Of a stretch of 64,000 nt of DNA, positions 18,874 through 28,430 are shown piece by piece. Source of the DNA: Maribacter sp. (GTDB lineage: Bacteria > Bacteroidota > Bacteroidia > Flavobacteriales > Flavobacteriaceae); contig CBFIGW010000001.1 in assembly GCA_965662155.1 (NCBI GenBank), forward strand, positions 10,042-74,041, in the 5' to 3' direction. Within the stretch, counting starts at the first letter, position 1. Each line of letters begins with the position of its first letter. The notes under the pieces are model-generated. The model had not been told where the DNA came from. It searched no databases and was given only the letters and a program-made list of their open reading frames with translations. Both the position numbers and the translations under genes were made by a program.

Positions 18874-20505
18874 ATGACAAGTAACATCTCAAAATTAGTA
18901 TTAGCTTTTTCATTCACGGCCTTAGTAGGTTGTGGAAGCACAGGTGGTTTGATTCTTACACCAGTTGAAAATATTGACACCGTTCCCCTTAAAGTAGCGG
19001 AGCTTACAGAGAAAGAAAAGAAAAACTGGGGGCACTTAGATTTGGCTACGGACACCATTCCGGGAATGAGCGTAGAAAAGGCTTATGCCGAAATAATTAA
19101 AAACAAAAAGGGTAAAAAAATTATAGTTGCTGTTTTAGATTCTGGAATGGACTTAAGCCATGAAGATTTAGATGGAGTACTTTGGACCAATACCGATGAA
19201 AGACCCGGTAACAATAAAGATGATGACGGCAATGGCTTTGTTGATGATATACATGGTTATAATTTTCTAGGAGAATCTTATAATGAGCAGCTGGAATATG
19301 CAAGAATGTTACGTTTAAACATTGGTGATCAAACTACATTGTCCAAGGCAAAGTCAGAATTAGAAAAGGAATACAATGAAGCTTTGCAGAACAAACAACA
19401 ATATGAGCAAATTTTACAGGCGGTAAAGGGTGCAGATGCGGATGTTAGAAAGCATCTAGGCAAAGACACATATACGAAGCAAGACCTTGCGGGTATTAAG
19501 GCTACAACAGAGAATATGCAGCGTAACGTAGCCATTCTTACGCAGATGCTATCTATAAAAGACACTATTGCCGAAGTACTAAAAGAGTTGAATTTGGCTA
19601 TAACCCATTTTACGGATCAGTTGAATTACAATCTTAACAAAGATTTTAATGGGAGAGAGCTTGTTGGGGACGATCCTTATGATTGGAATGATACTAATTA
19701 CGGTAATGGCAACCCAAACAATAGAGTAGATGATGAAAGCCACGGCACCCACGTTGCCGGAATTATTGGCGCGGAAAGGAATAATGGAAAAGGTGCCAAT
19801 GGCGTAGCCAATAATGTAGCTATTATGAGTATTAGGGCTGTGCCAAACGGAGATGAGTACGATAAGGATATTGCACGAGGTATTCGTTATGCTGTAGACA
19901 ATGGGGCAAAGGTTATTAACGGTAGCTTTGGCAAATCTTATTCGCCAAAAGCAGAGTGGGTGTATGACGCTCTAAAATATGCCGCTGAAAACGATGTTTT
20001 ATTTGTTCATGCAGCTGGTAATGACGGAGCCAACCTAGACGACCCAGCAAATCCTAATTTTCCTAATGATCAAATAAACAATGGAATGGAGTTTGCCAAT
20101 AATGTAATCACGGTTGGCGCATTAGACCCAAACTATGGGTCTGAATTGGTTGCTTCCTATTCCAACTACGGAAACATAAATGTGGATATTTTTGCTCCTG
20201 GAACAGATATCTACTCTACTTACCCCAATGATTCATACGAATATTCTCCAGGTACATCTATGGCGGCACCTGCTATTTCAGGATTAGCGGCGCTTTTGTT
20301 CTCCCAATACCCAGATTTAACGGCATCACAAGTAAAGAAAATTATCCTTGCCTCTGGTCTGCCCATAAAAGCTAAGGTAATTTTAGGTGGTGACCCTTCC
20401 AAGAGTGCTTCTTTGTCCGAAATATCAACATCGGGAAAAATTGCAAACGCCTATAATGCATTGATTATGGCAAGCAAGGTAAGTGCAGGTCAACTACAAT
20501 TATAA
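18874..20505 (+). CDS. Subtilisin-like S8 serine peptidase (lipoprotein)
   Basis: Catalytic triad motifs VLDSGMD, HGTHVAGII and GTSMAAP are present. The lipobox-like signal is FTALVGCGS. Confidence 0.92.
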   Translation: MTSNISKLVLAFSFTALVGCGSTGGLILTPVENIDTVPLKVAELTEKEKKNWGHLDLATDTIPGMSVEKAYAEIIKNKKGKKIIVAVLDSGMDLSHEDLDGVLWTNTDERPGNNKDDDGNGFVDDIHGYNFLGESYNEQLEYARMLRLNIGDQTTLSKAKSELEKEYNEALQNKQQYEQILQAVKGADADVRKHLGKDTYTKQDLAGIKATTENMQRNVAILTQMLSIKDTIAEVLKELNLAITHFTDQLNYNLNKDFNGRELVGDDPYDWNDTNYGNGNPNNRVDDESHGTHVAGIIGAERNNGKGANGVANNVAIMSIRAVPNGDEYDKDIARGIRYAVDNGAKVINGSFGKSYSPKAEWVYDALKYAAENDVLFVHAAGNDGANLDDPANPNFPNDQINNGMEFANNVITVGALDPNYGSELVASYSNYGNINVDIFAPGTDIYSTYPNDSYEYSPGTSMAAPAISGLAALLFSQYPDLTASQVKKIILASGLPIKAKVILGGDPSKSASLSEISTSGKIANAYNALIMASKVSAGQLQL

Positions 20506-20512
20506 AAGAATT

Positions 20513-22381
20513 ATGAAGATGAATATAATACGATTTTCCCTATCAATAGTATTGGCACTTGGTTTTACGGTCAAGGTATTGGGTCAGAATAAAACAAATT
20601 ATTGGCAACAACACGTAGACTACACCATGGATGTTAACATGGACGTGACCAATTTCCAATATGAAGGCACACAAAAATTAGAGTATACCAACAACTCCCC
20701 TGATAAGTTAAATAGGGTATACTACCATCTTTATTTTAATGCCTTTCAACCAGGTAGTGAAATGGATAGTAGACTGCAATCTATTCAAGACCCGGACAAT
20801 AGAATGGTAACCGAGGAAAATAAAAGTAGAATCGCACACCTTTCTAAGAGCGAAATGGGCTTTCTTCATGTGACCAGCTTAACCCAAGACGGGCAAAAAG
20901 TCACCTTTAACGAAGAAGGAACAGTCCTTGTAGTTGATTTGCCAAAACCGATACGACCTGGCGAAAAGACCACTTTTCAAATGACTTTTAATGGTCAGGT
21001 GCCATTACAAATAAGACGGTCTGGGAGAAATAGTTCAGAAAATGTTGCACTTTCTATGAGCCAGTGGTACCCCAAATTAGCAGAATATGATTTTGAGGGT
21101 TGGCATGCCGATCCATATATTGCTCGCGAGTTTCATGGGGTTTGGGGAGATTTTGACGTAAAACTTACCTTGGACAAGAATTATACTGTCGGTGGTACGG
21201 GATATCTTCAGAACCCACAAGAAATAGGACATGGCTATGAAGCACCTGGCACTAAGGTGAAAAAACAAAAAGGCAAGACATTAACTTGGCACTTTAAAGC
21301 ACCTATGGTACATGACTTTATGTGGGCCGCTGATCCAGATTACCTTCACGACACATTGCAAGTGGAAAATGGACCAACGCTACACTTCCTGTATAAAAAC
21401 AACCCAGATATCCTAGAAAATTGGAAAAAGCTACAGCCAAAGACCGCTGAAGCCATGGAATTTTTCAATAAAAATGTTGGGCCTTATCCTTATGAGCAAT
21501 ACTCTGTGATACAAGGTGGGGATGGCGGTATGGAATACGCTATGTCCACATTAATAACTGGAGAGCGAAAATTTGGCAGTCTTGTTGGGGTAATGGCTCA
21601 TGAAATGGCACACTCATGGTTTCAACACGTTCTAGCTACCAATGAGGCAAAGCATGAGTGGATGGACGAAGGTTTTACTTCTTTTATTTCCACCTTATGT
21701 ATGAACGAAATAATGGACCAAAAGAAAGACAATCCTTTTGAGGGTTCCTATAAAGGGTATTATAGACTAGCACTTTCTGGCAAGGAACAACCACAAAGCA
21801 CATATGCCGATCGTTACGACCTAAATTTCGCATACGGAATATCTGCATATAGTAAAGGTGCTGTATTTTTATCCCAACTTGGTTATATCATCGGTCAGGA
21901 TAAATTAATGGAAACCTTGAGAAAGTATTATTCAGATTTTAAATTTAAACATCCTGTTCCAAACGATATTAAACGAACTGCTGAGAAAGTGTCCGGCATG
22001 GAACTAGATTGGTATTTGACAGATTGGACCCTGACAACAAATACTATAGATTATGGGATAAAATCTGTTGAAGAAGTTCAAGGCAAAACAAATATTACGC
22101 TAGAGCGAAATGGTCTAATGCCAATGCCCTTGGATATCTTAGTGGTTTATAATGATGGCACCCAGGAAACTTTTTACGCACCATTACGTATGATGCGCGG
22201 CGAAAAGGAAAACCCTTACCCAGCTTTAACCCGTACTGTTTTGCCAGATTGGGCCTGGGCATATCCAACCTATCAATTTTCTTTGGACAAATCCAAATCT
22301 GAAATAAAGGCTGTATTGATAGACCCTTCTCAACTCATGGCAGACGTAAATTCGGAAAATAATATTTGGCAAGAGCAATAG
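20513..22381 (+). CDS. M1-family zinc metallopeptidase
   Basis: HEMAHSW...WMDEGF (HEXXH-X18-E). The ATG at 20513 gives the signal peptide MKMNIIRFSLSIVLALGFTVKVLGQ and avoids overlap with the S8 gene (ORF-track start 20483). Confidence 0.9.
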   Translation: MKMNIIRFSLSIVLALGFTVKVLGQNKTNYWQQHVDYTMDVNMDVTNFQYEGTQKLEYTNNSPDKLNRVYYHLYFNAFQPGSEMDSRLQSIQDPDNRMVTEENKSRIAHLSKSEMGFLHVTSLTQDGQKVTFNEEGTVLVVDLPKPIRPGEKTTFQMTFNGQVPLQIRRSGRNSSENVALSMSQWYPKLAEYDFEGWHADPYIAREFHGVWGDFDVKLTLDKNYTVGGTGYLQNPQEIGHGYEAPGTKVKKQKGKTLTWHFKAPMVHDFMWAADPDYLHDTLQVENGPTLHFLYKNNPDILENWKKLQPKTAEAMEFFNKNVGPYPYEQYSVIQGGDGGMEYAMSTLITGERKFGSLVGVMAHEMAHSWFQHVLATNEAKHEWMDEGFTSFISTLCMNEIMDQKKDNPFEGSYKGYYRLALSGKEQPQSTYADRYDLNFAYGISAYSKGAVFLSQLGYIIGQDKLMETLRKYYSDFKFKHPVPNDIKRTAEKVSGMELDWYLTDWTLTTNTIDYGIKSVEEVQGKTNITLERNGLMPMPLDILVVYNDGTQETFYAPLRMMRGEKENPYPALTRTVLPDWAWAYPTYQFSLDKSKSEIKAVLIDPSQLMADVNSENNIWQEQ

Positions 22382-22399
22382 CCGAACACATATTTAAAA

Positions 22400-22804
22400 A
22401 TGGAAAATTATACCCTCAAGGGCAATGCTTCCTTTGGGAAAAAAGAAAAACTAAAAAGCCATGTGCAGATAAGTAAATTATTTGCAGATGGCGATAGTTT
22501 ATCGGTATATCCTTTAAAGTTAATTTACCTTAAAACCGACAATCAAGAAGTAAAAATTAAAACTGCCGTTGCGGTGGCTAAAAAAAACTTTAAAAGTGCT
22601 GTACATCGAAATAAAATAAAAAGACTGCTCCGTGAAGCATATAGGCTTAACAAAGCCCCTGTTCTTAACAATACAGAGGGAAAGTTTACGTTTCTGTTTT
22701 TATATCTTGGTAAGGAATTACCGGTTTTTAAGGATGTTGAATCCAAAATGAAACTGCTATTACAAAAATTTAATGCCCGTATACATGAAAAAAACAATGC
22801 TTAA
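22400..22804 (+). CDS. rnpA: RNase P protein component
   Basis: 134 aa and basic. The conserved segment AVHRNKIKRLLREAYRL matches the RnpA RNR motif region. Confidence 0.85.
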   Translation: MENYTLKGNASFGKKEKLKSHVQISKLFADGDSLSVYPLKLIYLKTDNQEVKIKTAVAVAKKNFKSAVHRNKIKRLLREAYRLNKAPVLNNTEGKFTFLFLYLGKELPVFKDVESKMKLLLQKFNARIHEKNNA

Positions 22805-24419
22805 AAGAATCCTTGTCCCATTACTAGCAGTTACTTTTCTTGTTGTTGGGAGTAGTTTTAAAAGCGATTTTTTTGAAATTGCCAAGCAAATAGAAATTTT
22901 CACTACACTTTTCAAGGAATTGAACATGAACTATGTAGATGAGACCAATCCTGCAGAATTAATGGATACCGCCATTAAAAACATGTTGGAAGACCTGGAC
23001 CCGTATACCAAGTTTTTAAATGAACAGGACGTAGAATCTTACCGTATAAATAATGCAGGGGAATACTCGGGTATTGGTGCGCTGGTAAGAACGTATAAGG
23101 ATAGATTGTTGATCGTAGAGCCTCACGAAGGTTATCCGGCAGACAAGGCCGGTTTAAAAGCAGGAGATCAAATTATACAAATTGGAGACATCAAGGTTGC
23201 AGATTTTGAAGATAACGCCAGCGAATTGCTAAAAGGCGCCAATGGCACGTCGGTATCGGTAATTTACAAAAGACAAGGAAAAATAAGCAGTACCACTATT
23301 ACTAGAGAAGGTATTGAGGTTGATGCCGTACCTTTTTATAGTATGATAGACGACAAAACCGGATATATTGTTCTGTCTAAATTTAATGCAAAAGCTTCTT
23401 CCCAAACCAAATCGGCCTTATTGGATTTAAAAGGCAAGGGCGCAAAAAAAATAGTACTTGATCTTCGTGACAACCCAGGTGGCTTATTATCAGAAGCAAT
23501 AAACGTGACCAATTTATTTGTTCCAAAAGGCGAATTGGTCGTAACTACAAAATCCAAAGTAAAAAAGTTCAACAGGGAATACAGAACTAGCAACAAGGCA
23601 ATTGACACGGATATACCCTTGGTAATATTGGTAAATGGCAGTAGTGCTTCTGCAAGCGAAATTGTTTCAGGCAGCTTACAAGATTTGGATCGGGCCGTAA
23701 TTATGGGAGCTAGAAGTTTTGGAAAAGGGTTGGTGCAAAGACCTTTAAAGCTCACCTATGGCACACAATTAAAAGTGACCATTTCACGATATTATACCTC
23801 TTCAGGGCGCTGTATACAAGCGCTTGATTATTGGAATAGGGATGATGGCGGAAATGCCGTAAGAAATACGCAGTTCAATGATTTTACCACACGTAACGGC
23901 AGAAAGGTTCAAGATGGTGGTGGGGTGTTACCAGACATTGAAATTGCTACCGTAAAAACCAATGATCTTACAAGAGCTTTACTTCAAAACAATGTTATTT
24001 TTGATTATGCCACAGATTACTTTTATACAAACAGTCTAAAAGATGTAACTGAATTTAAATTTTCAAATACAGACTTCAACAACTTTAAGTCTTTTGTTAA
24101 GGCAAGTGATTTTTCTTTTGAAACCAAAGCAGAAAAGGAAATTAAAAAAGCCTTATCTGGGGAGGAAAATGATTTCTTGGGCAGTGAAGTAAGGGATAGT
24201 TATAAAACCTTACTTGCCAACATAGAAAAAGGAAAGATCAATGCCTTGGATAAGTATCAAGACGAAGTTCAAAAAAACCTAGAAGACGAAATCATAAAAC
24301 GGTTCTTTTACCGCGAAGGTTTATATAAATACTACCTTAAAAATGACGATGCTATTTTGGCGGCTACCGAATTGTTAGAAAACCAATCTAAATACAGTAC
24401 TCTATTAGGCACTCGTTAA
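22785..24419 (+). CDS. S41 C-terminal processing (tail-specific) peptidase with a PDZ domain
   Basis: PDZ-like GLKAGDQIIQIGD. S41 catalytic motifs NGSSASASEI (Ser) and SFGKGLVQ (Lys). The ATG at 22785 gives MKKTMLKRILVPLLAV. It overlaps the rnpA 3' end. Confidence 0.9.
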   Translation: MKKTMLKRILVPLLAVTFLVVGSSFKSDFFEIAKQIEIFTTLFKELNMNYVDETNPAELMDTAIKNMLEDLDPYTKFLNEQDVESYRINNAGEYSGIGALVRTYKDRLLIVEPHEGYPADKAGLKAGDQIIQIGDIKVADFEDNASELLKGANGTSVSVIYKRQGKISSTTITREGIEVDAVPFYSMIDDKTGYIVLSKFNAKASSQTKSALLDLKGKGAKKIVLDLRDNPGGLLSEAINVTNLFVPKGELVVTTKSKVKKFNREYRTSNKAIDTDIPLVILVNGSSASASEIVSGSLQDLDRAVIMGARSFGKGLVQRPLKLTYGTQLKVTISRYYTSSGRCIQALDYWNRDDGGNAVRNTQFNDFTTRNGRKVQDGGGVLPDIEIATVKTNDLTRALLQNNVIFDYATDYFYTNSLKDVTEFKFSNTDFNNFKSFVKASDFSFETKAEKEIKKALSGEENDFLGSEVRDSYKTLLANIEKGKINALDKYQDEVQKNLEDEIIKRFFYREGLYKYYLKNDDAILAATELLENQSKYSTLLGTR

Positions 24420-25315
24420 TTATAAATGCACTTTTCAGGGTCCGAGGCCACAAAATAGGACTTATAATTTTTGGCCTTAGGGTCCATACACCCTTTCAGG
24501 TTTTTAATTTTTATCGCTCTAAAATCTATAGGTTGACCTTCGCTTTGTAGCGCAATATGGCCTTCTTTTAAGGGCATTCCTTCTTTAAAAATAGCAGTAT
24601 CGAATCCATTTACAACACCACCTCCCATTTGTGGTTTTGTATATGATAGCACCTCCTTGCCATTTATAATATGTGTCACTAAAGAATCTCCCAAAACTAT
24701 AAGTTCTGCCTTTACCCATTGGTCACCAAAATAAGTATCTGAAGTAGAATTGATACAGTGCCTTGGGTCTATTTTACCTTGATATACTACATCTGTTCCT
24801 GGCGAACACATATTCCCGGTAGGCCTTTCCTTAACTTGTTCAATTCCGGCCAAAAATTGGATTTCAACGGATATTGGCCAATCTTGCTCCCTCAACATGG
24901 TTCTTGGATTTTGAGAGTGAAACATAACACCACTGTTTTTTAAAGTATAATCTGGGGCGCCTTGGTGTAGTTCGCCAACAAACCTATACTCAACGCTAAA
25001 ATGAAAATAGGAATAGGGCACATCATAATATAAATGTCCAAAACGATTATTAAATTCACCTTCATATTGATCATACCTAACTTTAACAATACTGTCTTCT
25101 AACCTAAAAGTGTCGCCATAATTTTCATTAATGTCATAGTGGTGGATTTTAGTTGTCCATCCTTCTAAATTTTTCCCATTGAACATATCCTTCCAACCAT
25201 CTTGGCTTTGTTGTGATTTGCAAATACCAACACACCATAAAAAAAGTAGAATAGTGATTGGAGTTTTCTTTGTTAAACAATTAAATATATAAAAAGGTGT
25301 TTTTTTACTGTTCAT
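24416..25315 (-). CDS. DUF1080 (3-keto-disaccharide hydrolase-like) domain protein, secreted
   Basis: Family-typical DGWKDMFNGKNLEGWT start, NSGVMFH in the middle and GHIALQSEGQPIDFRAIKIKNL at the end, with a signal peptide. Its stop codon overlaps the convergent S41 stop within TTAA. Confidence 0.75.
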   Translation of the reverse strand: MNSKKTPFYIFNCLTKKTPITILLFLWCVGICKSQQSQDGWKDMFNGKNLEGWTTKIHHYDINENYGDTFRLEDSIVKVRYDQYEGEFNNRFGHLYYDVPYSYFHFSVEYRFVGELHQGAPDYTLKNSGVMFHSQNPRTMLREQDWPISVEIQFLAGIEQVKERPTGNMCSPGTDVVYQGKIDPRHCINSTSDTYFGDQWVKAELIVLGDSLVTHIINGKEVLSYTKPQMGGGVVNGFDTAIFKEGMPLKEGHIALQSEGQPIDFRAIKIKNLKGCMDPKAKNYKSYFVASDPEKCIYN

Positions 25316-25374
25316 AATGTTGTTTTTTAAGCTGGGTTAATAGGCCTTAAAAAGGACAAGGTTGTGGTGAAAAG

Positions 25375-26208
25375 TTAATGAAAAATAGAATCTGAATCTT
25401 TTGTAGGCGCTTCAAATTTTCTTAGATACACGAACATTCCATTCTGTTTTTTTCTTTCCATAAAATCTTCTTTGGTCATATTTGGGTCTATTTGACTATA
25501 ATGACATATATAAGAGTTATACGCTTTTTCCAAATCTTCTTCGCCAAATGTAATTTTGGTTCTAACAAATTTACTAGCTTGCCCTCTCAGTATTTTACTT
25601 TCGGCATCATCAATGTATTTGGATGGTGTGCTATAATAAAATAACGACATTGGTTTTTCCCAGTGTGTACTTAGAAATACCTGTGTAACCGATGCTCCAA
25701 CCAATCTATGATCCATATGTGTTGAACCACCATCTGGACCCCAGGTAAGAATAACATCTGGTTTTGTTTTTTTTACAATATCATAAAGTTCCAAAATCAT
25801 GGCCCTAGCATGTGGTACATGCCCATCATAACCTTCTCCTGCCTTTAATTGGTCATGATAATCTAAATGGGTGAGGTTTACACCTAATTTAGCTGCGGCA
25901 CATTCCATTTCTTCTCTTCGCGCGGTTACAAGCCCTTCTCCTGCCTCATGATCATGAAAATCATTAGTGCCGTACCTGCCATCTGTTACGACCACTAATT
26001 GTATTTTAGCTCCTTCCTTAGCGTATCTTGCCAATATGGGCGCAACTGTACTTTCATCATCGGGGTGGGCAAAAATCGCCAAAAGAACCTTACCCTCATA
26101 TGGTTGCTGTGCAAAAACAACGTTCGTTTTTAAAACTAATGTCGTTAGTAAAATAAATGACAAAATAGCCGGCATATGCTTTAAAAAGTAATGTCTAACA
26201 CATTTCAT
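25375..26208 (-). CDS. PIG-L/LmbE-family N-acetylglucosaminyl deacetylase, secreted
   Basis: Signal peptide ending VFAQQ. Motif LAIFAHPDDEST (AHPDDE), later STHMDH. Confidence 0.85.
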   Translation of the reverse strand: MKCVRHYFLKHMPAILSFILLTTLVLKTNVVFAQQPYEGKVLLAIFAHPDDESTVAPILARYAKEGAKIQLVVVTDGRYGTNDFHDHEAGEGLVTARREEMECAAAKLGVNLTHLDYHDQLKAGEGYDGHVPHARAMILELYDIVKKTKPDVILTWGPDGGSTHMDHRLVGASVTQVFLSTHWEKPMSLFYYSTPSKYIDDAESKILRGQASKFVRTKITFGEEDLEKAYNSYICHYSQIDPNMTKEDFMERKKQNGMFVYLRKFEAPTKDSDSIFH

Positions 26209-26239
26209 AACTTGAATTTTATAATATTTCCTTGTTCCT

Positions 26240-27346
26240 TTATATCTTAAAATATACCTTCTTTTTGTCCAAGAAATAGGTAATGTACCAAAAGAAAAAT
26301 AACACTAATAACGAGTTAAGTAAAAGTATCCATAATTCTGTGAACCCTAATGGCCCTAGAATTCCCTTGGTCCATATCATGCCAAAATTTCTTACCCATT
26401 GAACTCCTAAGGTTTCGGCAAACAAATAGATGAAAATCGAATTGGTGCCTACAACAGCAAACACCGTCATCCATTTTCTAGAATATCCTCTTAAATCAAT
26501 CATCCAATAAAAAAACGCTAGGGTTAAAATTGCATATCCGCCCGAAGCCAAAGTAAATGAACTAGTGGCTATGCGCTTTATAATTGGGGTTATTTCAAAA
26601 AAATCTAACCCATATCCCATAATTAATATAAAAAGCCCCCATTTTATAAACGGTTTCAACTTTTCTTTTGGATGCTTATCAGATAGTAATAATTGACCAC
26701 AAATTACTCCCCAAATAGTATGGGCTGCCGTAGGTATAAAATTAATGAAAACCCAATATCCACTATTTACCTTACCCATAACCAACATATCTATAAACGA
26801 GCCAAAACTTTCATGGTGCTGAACGTATGGACCGCTAGGATTATAGGCTCTATATAAAATCTCGGTCAGCAACAATAAACCCAAAGAAATGAATGTTTGA
26901 TTTCTATGCGACATATTCATAATGCCGTAGGCAATCAGAATTGTAAAAGATAATTGAGTTAAAACGTTCCATAGTTCCCAAACCAAAACATTATTATAAA
27001 TACAATGTAAAGCAACTCCGAAAAGAAAAAGCAGAAAACACCTTTTCACAATGTGTTTTGTAACCATACTATTCGTGTCTTTCTTTAATCGTTTTGATAT
27101 TGAAAAGGGCATGGCCACCCCAACTATAAACATGAAAAATGGCTGAATCAACTCCCAAAATCGCAAACCGTTCCAAGGGTGATGATGTAATTGCATTGCG
27201 AGAGGTTCAACGAAAGTATTTTGGGCCAGTTCCAAAAAACTATGGTGAAAACCCGCAGCCTCCGCAATTAACAAAAACATAGTAATGCCTCTAAAAACAT
27301 CCAATGAAAACAACCTATTCGACTTAGTTTTGATATGTTTTGACAT
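26240..27346 (-). CDS. Polytopic acyltransferase-like membrane protein (DUF1624/DUF5009, heparan-alpha-glucosaminide N-acetyltransferase-like)
   Basis: 368 aa with about 10 TM helices. The N-terminal RLFSLDVFRGITMFLLI matches the family signature (R..S.D..RG). Confidence 0.7.
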   Translation of the reverse strand: MSKHIKTKSNRLFSLDVFRGITMFLLIAEAAGFHHSFLELAQNTFVEPLAMQLHHHPWNGLRFWELIQPFFMFIVGVAMPFSISKRLKKDTNSMVTKHIVKRCFLLFLFGVALHCIYNNVLVWELWNVLTQLSFTILIAYGIMNMSHRNQTFISLGLLLLTEILYRAYNPSGPYVQHHESFGSFIDMLVMGKVNSGYWVFINFIPTAAHTIWGVICGQLLLSDKHPKEKLKPFIKWGLFILIMGYGLDFFEITPIIKRIATSSFTLASGGYAILTLAFFYWMIDLRGYSRKWMTVFAVVGTNSIFIYLFAETLGVQWVRNFGMIWTKGILGPLGFTELWILLLNSLLVLFFFWYITYFLDKKKVYFKI

Positions 27347-27451
27347 ATAAGTACTGTATTAAAGCCTTTTAAATGTAATGGAAATAAATTGAACTATCAC
27401 CGATCATTTTTTATGCCTAATTTTAGAAATACCAAGTTGAAAATCAAATTT

Positions 27452-28405
27452 ATGAACCAACGCATAATCTGGGTAATCATGTGTTTTTGCTGTTTTAATA
27501 TGTTCTCACAGGAACAAAAGACAGAAGAACAAAACTCAAAAAGTATTCTACTTGTGGTATTGGGTAACGTTCAAGATGCAGGTTCACCCCACATTGCCTG
27601 TAAAAAAGAATGCTGTTCACTGCTTTTTAAAGACCCAAGTATAAAAAGGGAGGTTGTTTCTTTAGGGCTTATCGATTCAGAAAATCAAAAAAAGTATTTA
27701 TTTGAGGCAACACCCGATATCACCACCCAAATAAAAGCACTGAAAAACGCAGCCCACTGGGACAGTCCTGAAATTCCTGACGGTATCTTTTTGACCCACG
27801 CGCATATTGGTCATTATTCCGGCTTAATGTATTTGGGGAAAGAAGCTACGAATACAAACCGAACGCCTGTTTTCGTAATGCCTAAAATGAAATTTTTTTT
27901 AGAAGAGAATGGTCCTTGGAGCCAATTGGTAAATTCTAATAATATTGACCTAAATCTACTGGCAAATGAAACTGATGTGAAATTAACATCCAACATACGG
28001 GTAATACCTTTGCAAGTGCCACATAGAGATGAGTATTCTGAAACTGTTGGCTATAAAATTACAGGGCCAAATAAAACGGCTTTGTTCATTCCCGATATTA
28101 ACAAATGGTCCGTGTGGAAAACAAAAATTACAGACCTCATAAAAACGGTTGACTATGCCTTTGTAGATGCCACTTTTTTTGATGGAGAAGAAATCAACAC
28201 CCGTGATATTTCAGAAATCCCGCATCCTTTTGTTATAGAAAGTATGGACCTTTTTAAAGATTTGTCTGCTAAAGATAAAAGAAAGGTTCATTTTATACAT
28301 TTTAACCATACCAATCCATTATTAAACCCAAATAGTAAACAAACACGTTTGGTTTTAGAAAAAGGGTTCTCTATTGCTCGTAAAGGGCAAACGGTTAACC
28401 TATAA
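27452..28405 (+). CDS. PqqB-like MBL-fold protein with a signal peptide
   Basis: Colinear with PqqB landmarks: VLGNVQDAGSPHIACKKECC, EATPDITTQI, LTHAHIGHYSGL, HFNHTNPLL. The ATG at 27452 gives MNQRIIWVIMCFCCFNMFSQE. The ORF-track start at 27389 is a TTG. Confidence 0.75.
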   Translation: MNQRIIWVIMCFCCFNMFSQEQKTEEQNSKSILLVVLGNVQDAGSPHIACKKECCSLLFKDPSIKREVVSLGLIDSENQKKYLFEATPDITTQIKALKNAAHWDSPEIPDGIFLTHAHIGHYSGLMYLGKEATNTNRTPVFVMPKMKFFLEENGPWSQLVNSNNIDLNLLANETDVKLTSNIRVIPLQVPHRDEYSETVGYKITGPNKTALFIPDINKWSVWKTKITDLIKTVDYAFVDATFFDGEEINTRDISEIPHPFVIESMDLFKDLSAKDKRKVHFIHFNHTNPLLNPNSKQTRLVLEKGFSIARKGQTVNL

Positions 28406-28430
28406 ACACCAGAATTATTTATTTTTAATT

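Noticed and set aside
20483-20512. Longer N-terminal extensions offered by the ORF track. These are M1 peptidase at 20483, PQQ dehydrogenase at 28374, PqqB-like at 27389 (TTG), gltX at 52359, S41 at 22773, OMPs at 4533/7079 and beta-lactamase-fold at 61233.
   Set aside because: Internal starts give canonical signal peptides or the canonical family N-terminus, and they remove overlaps with upstream genes. The extensions add atypical residues.
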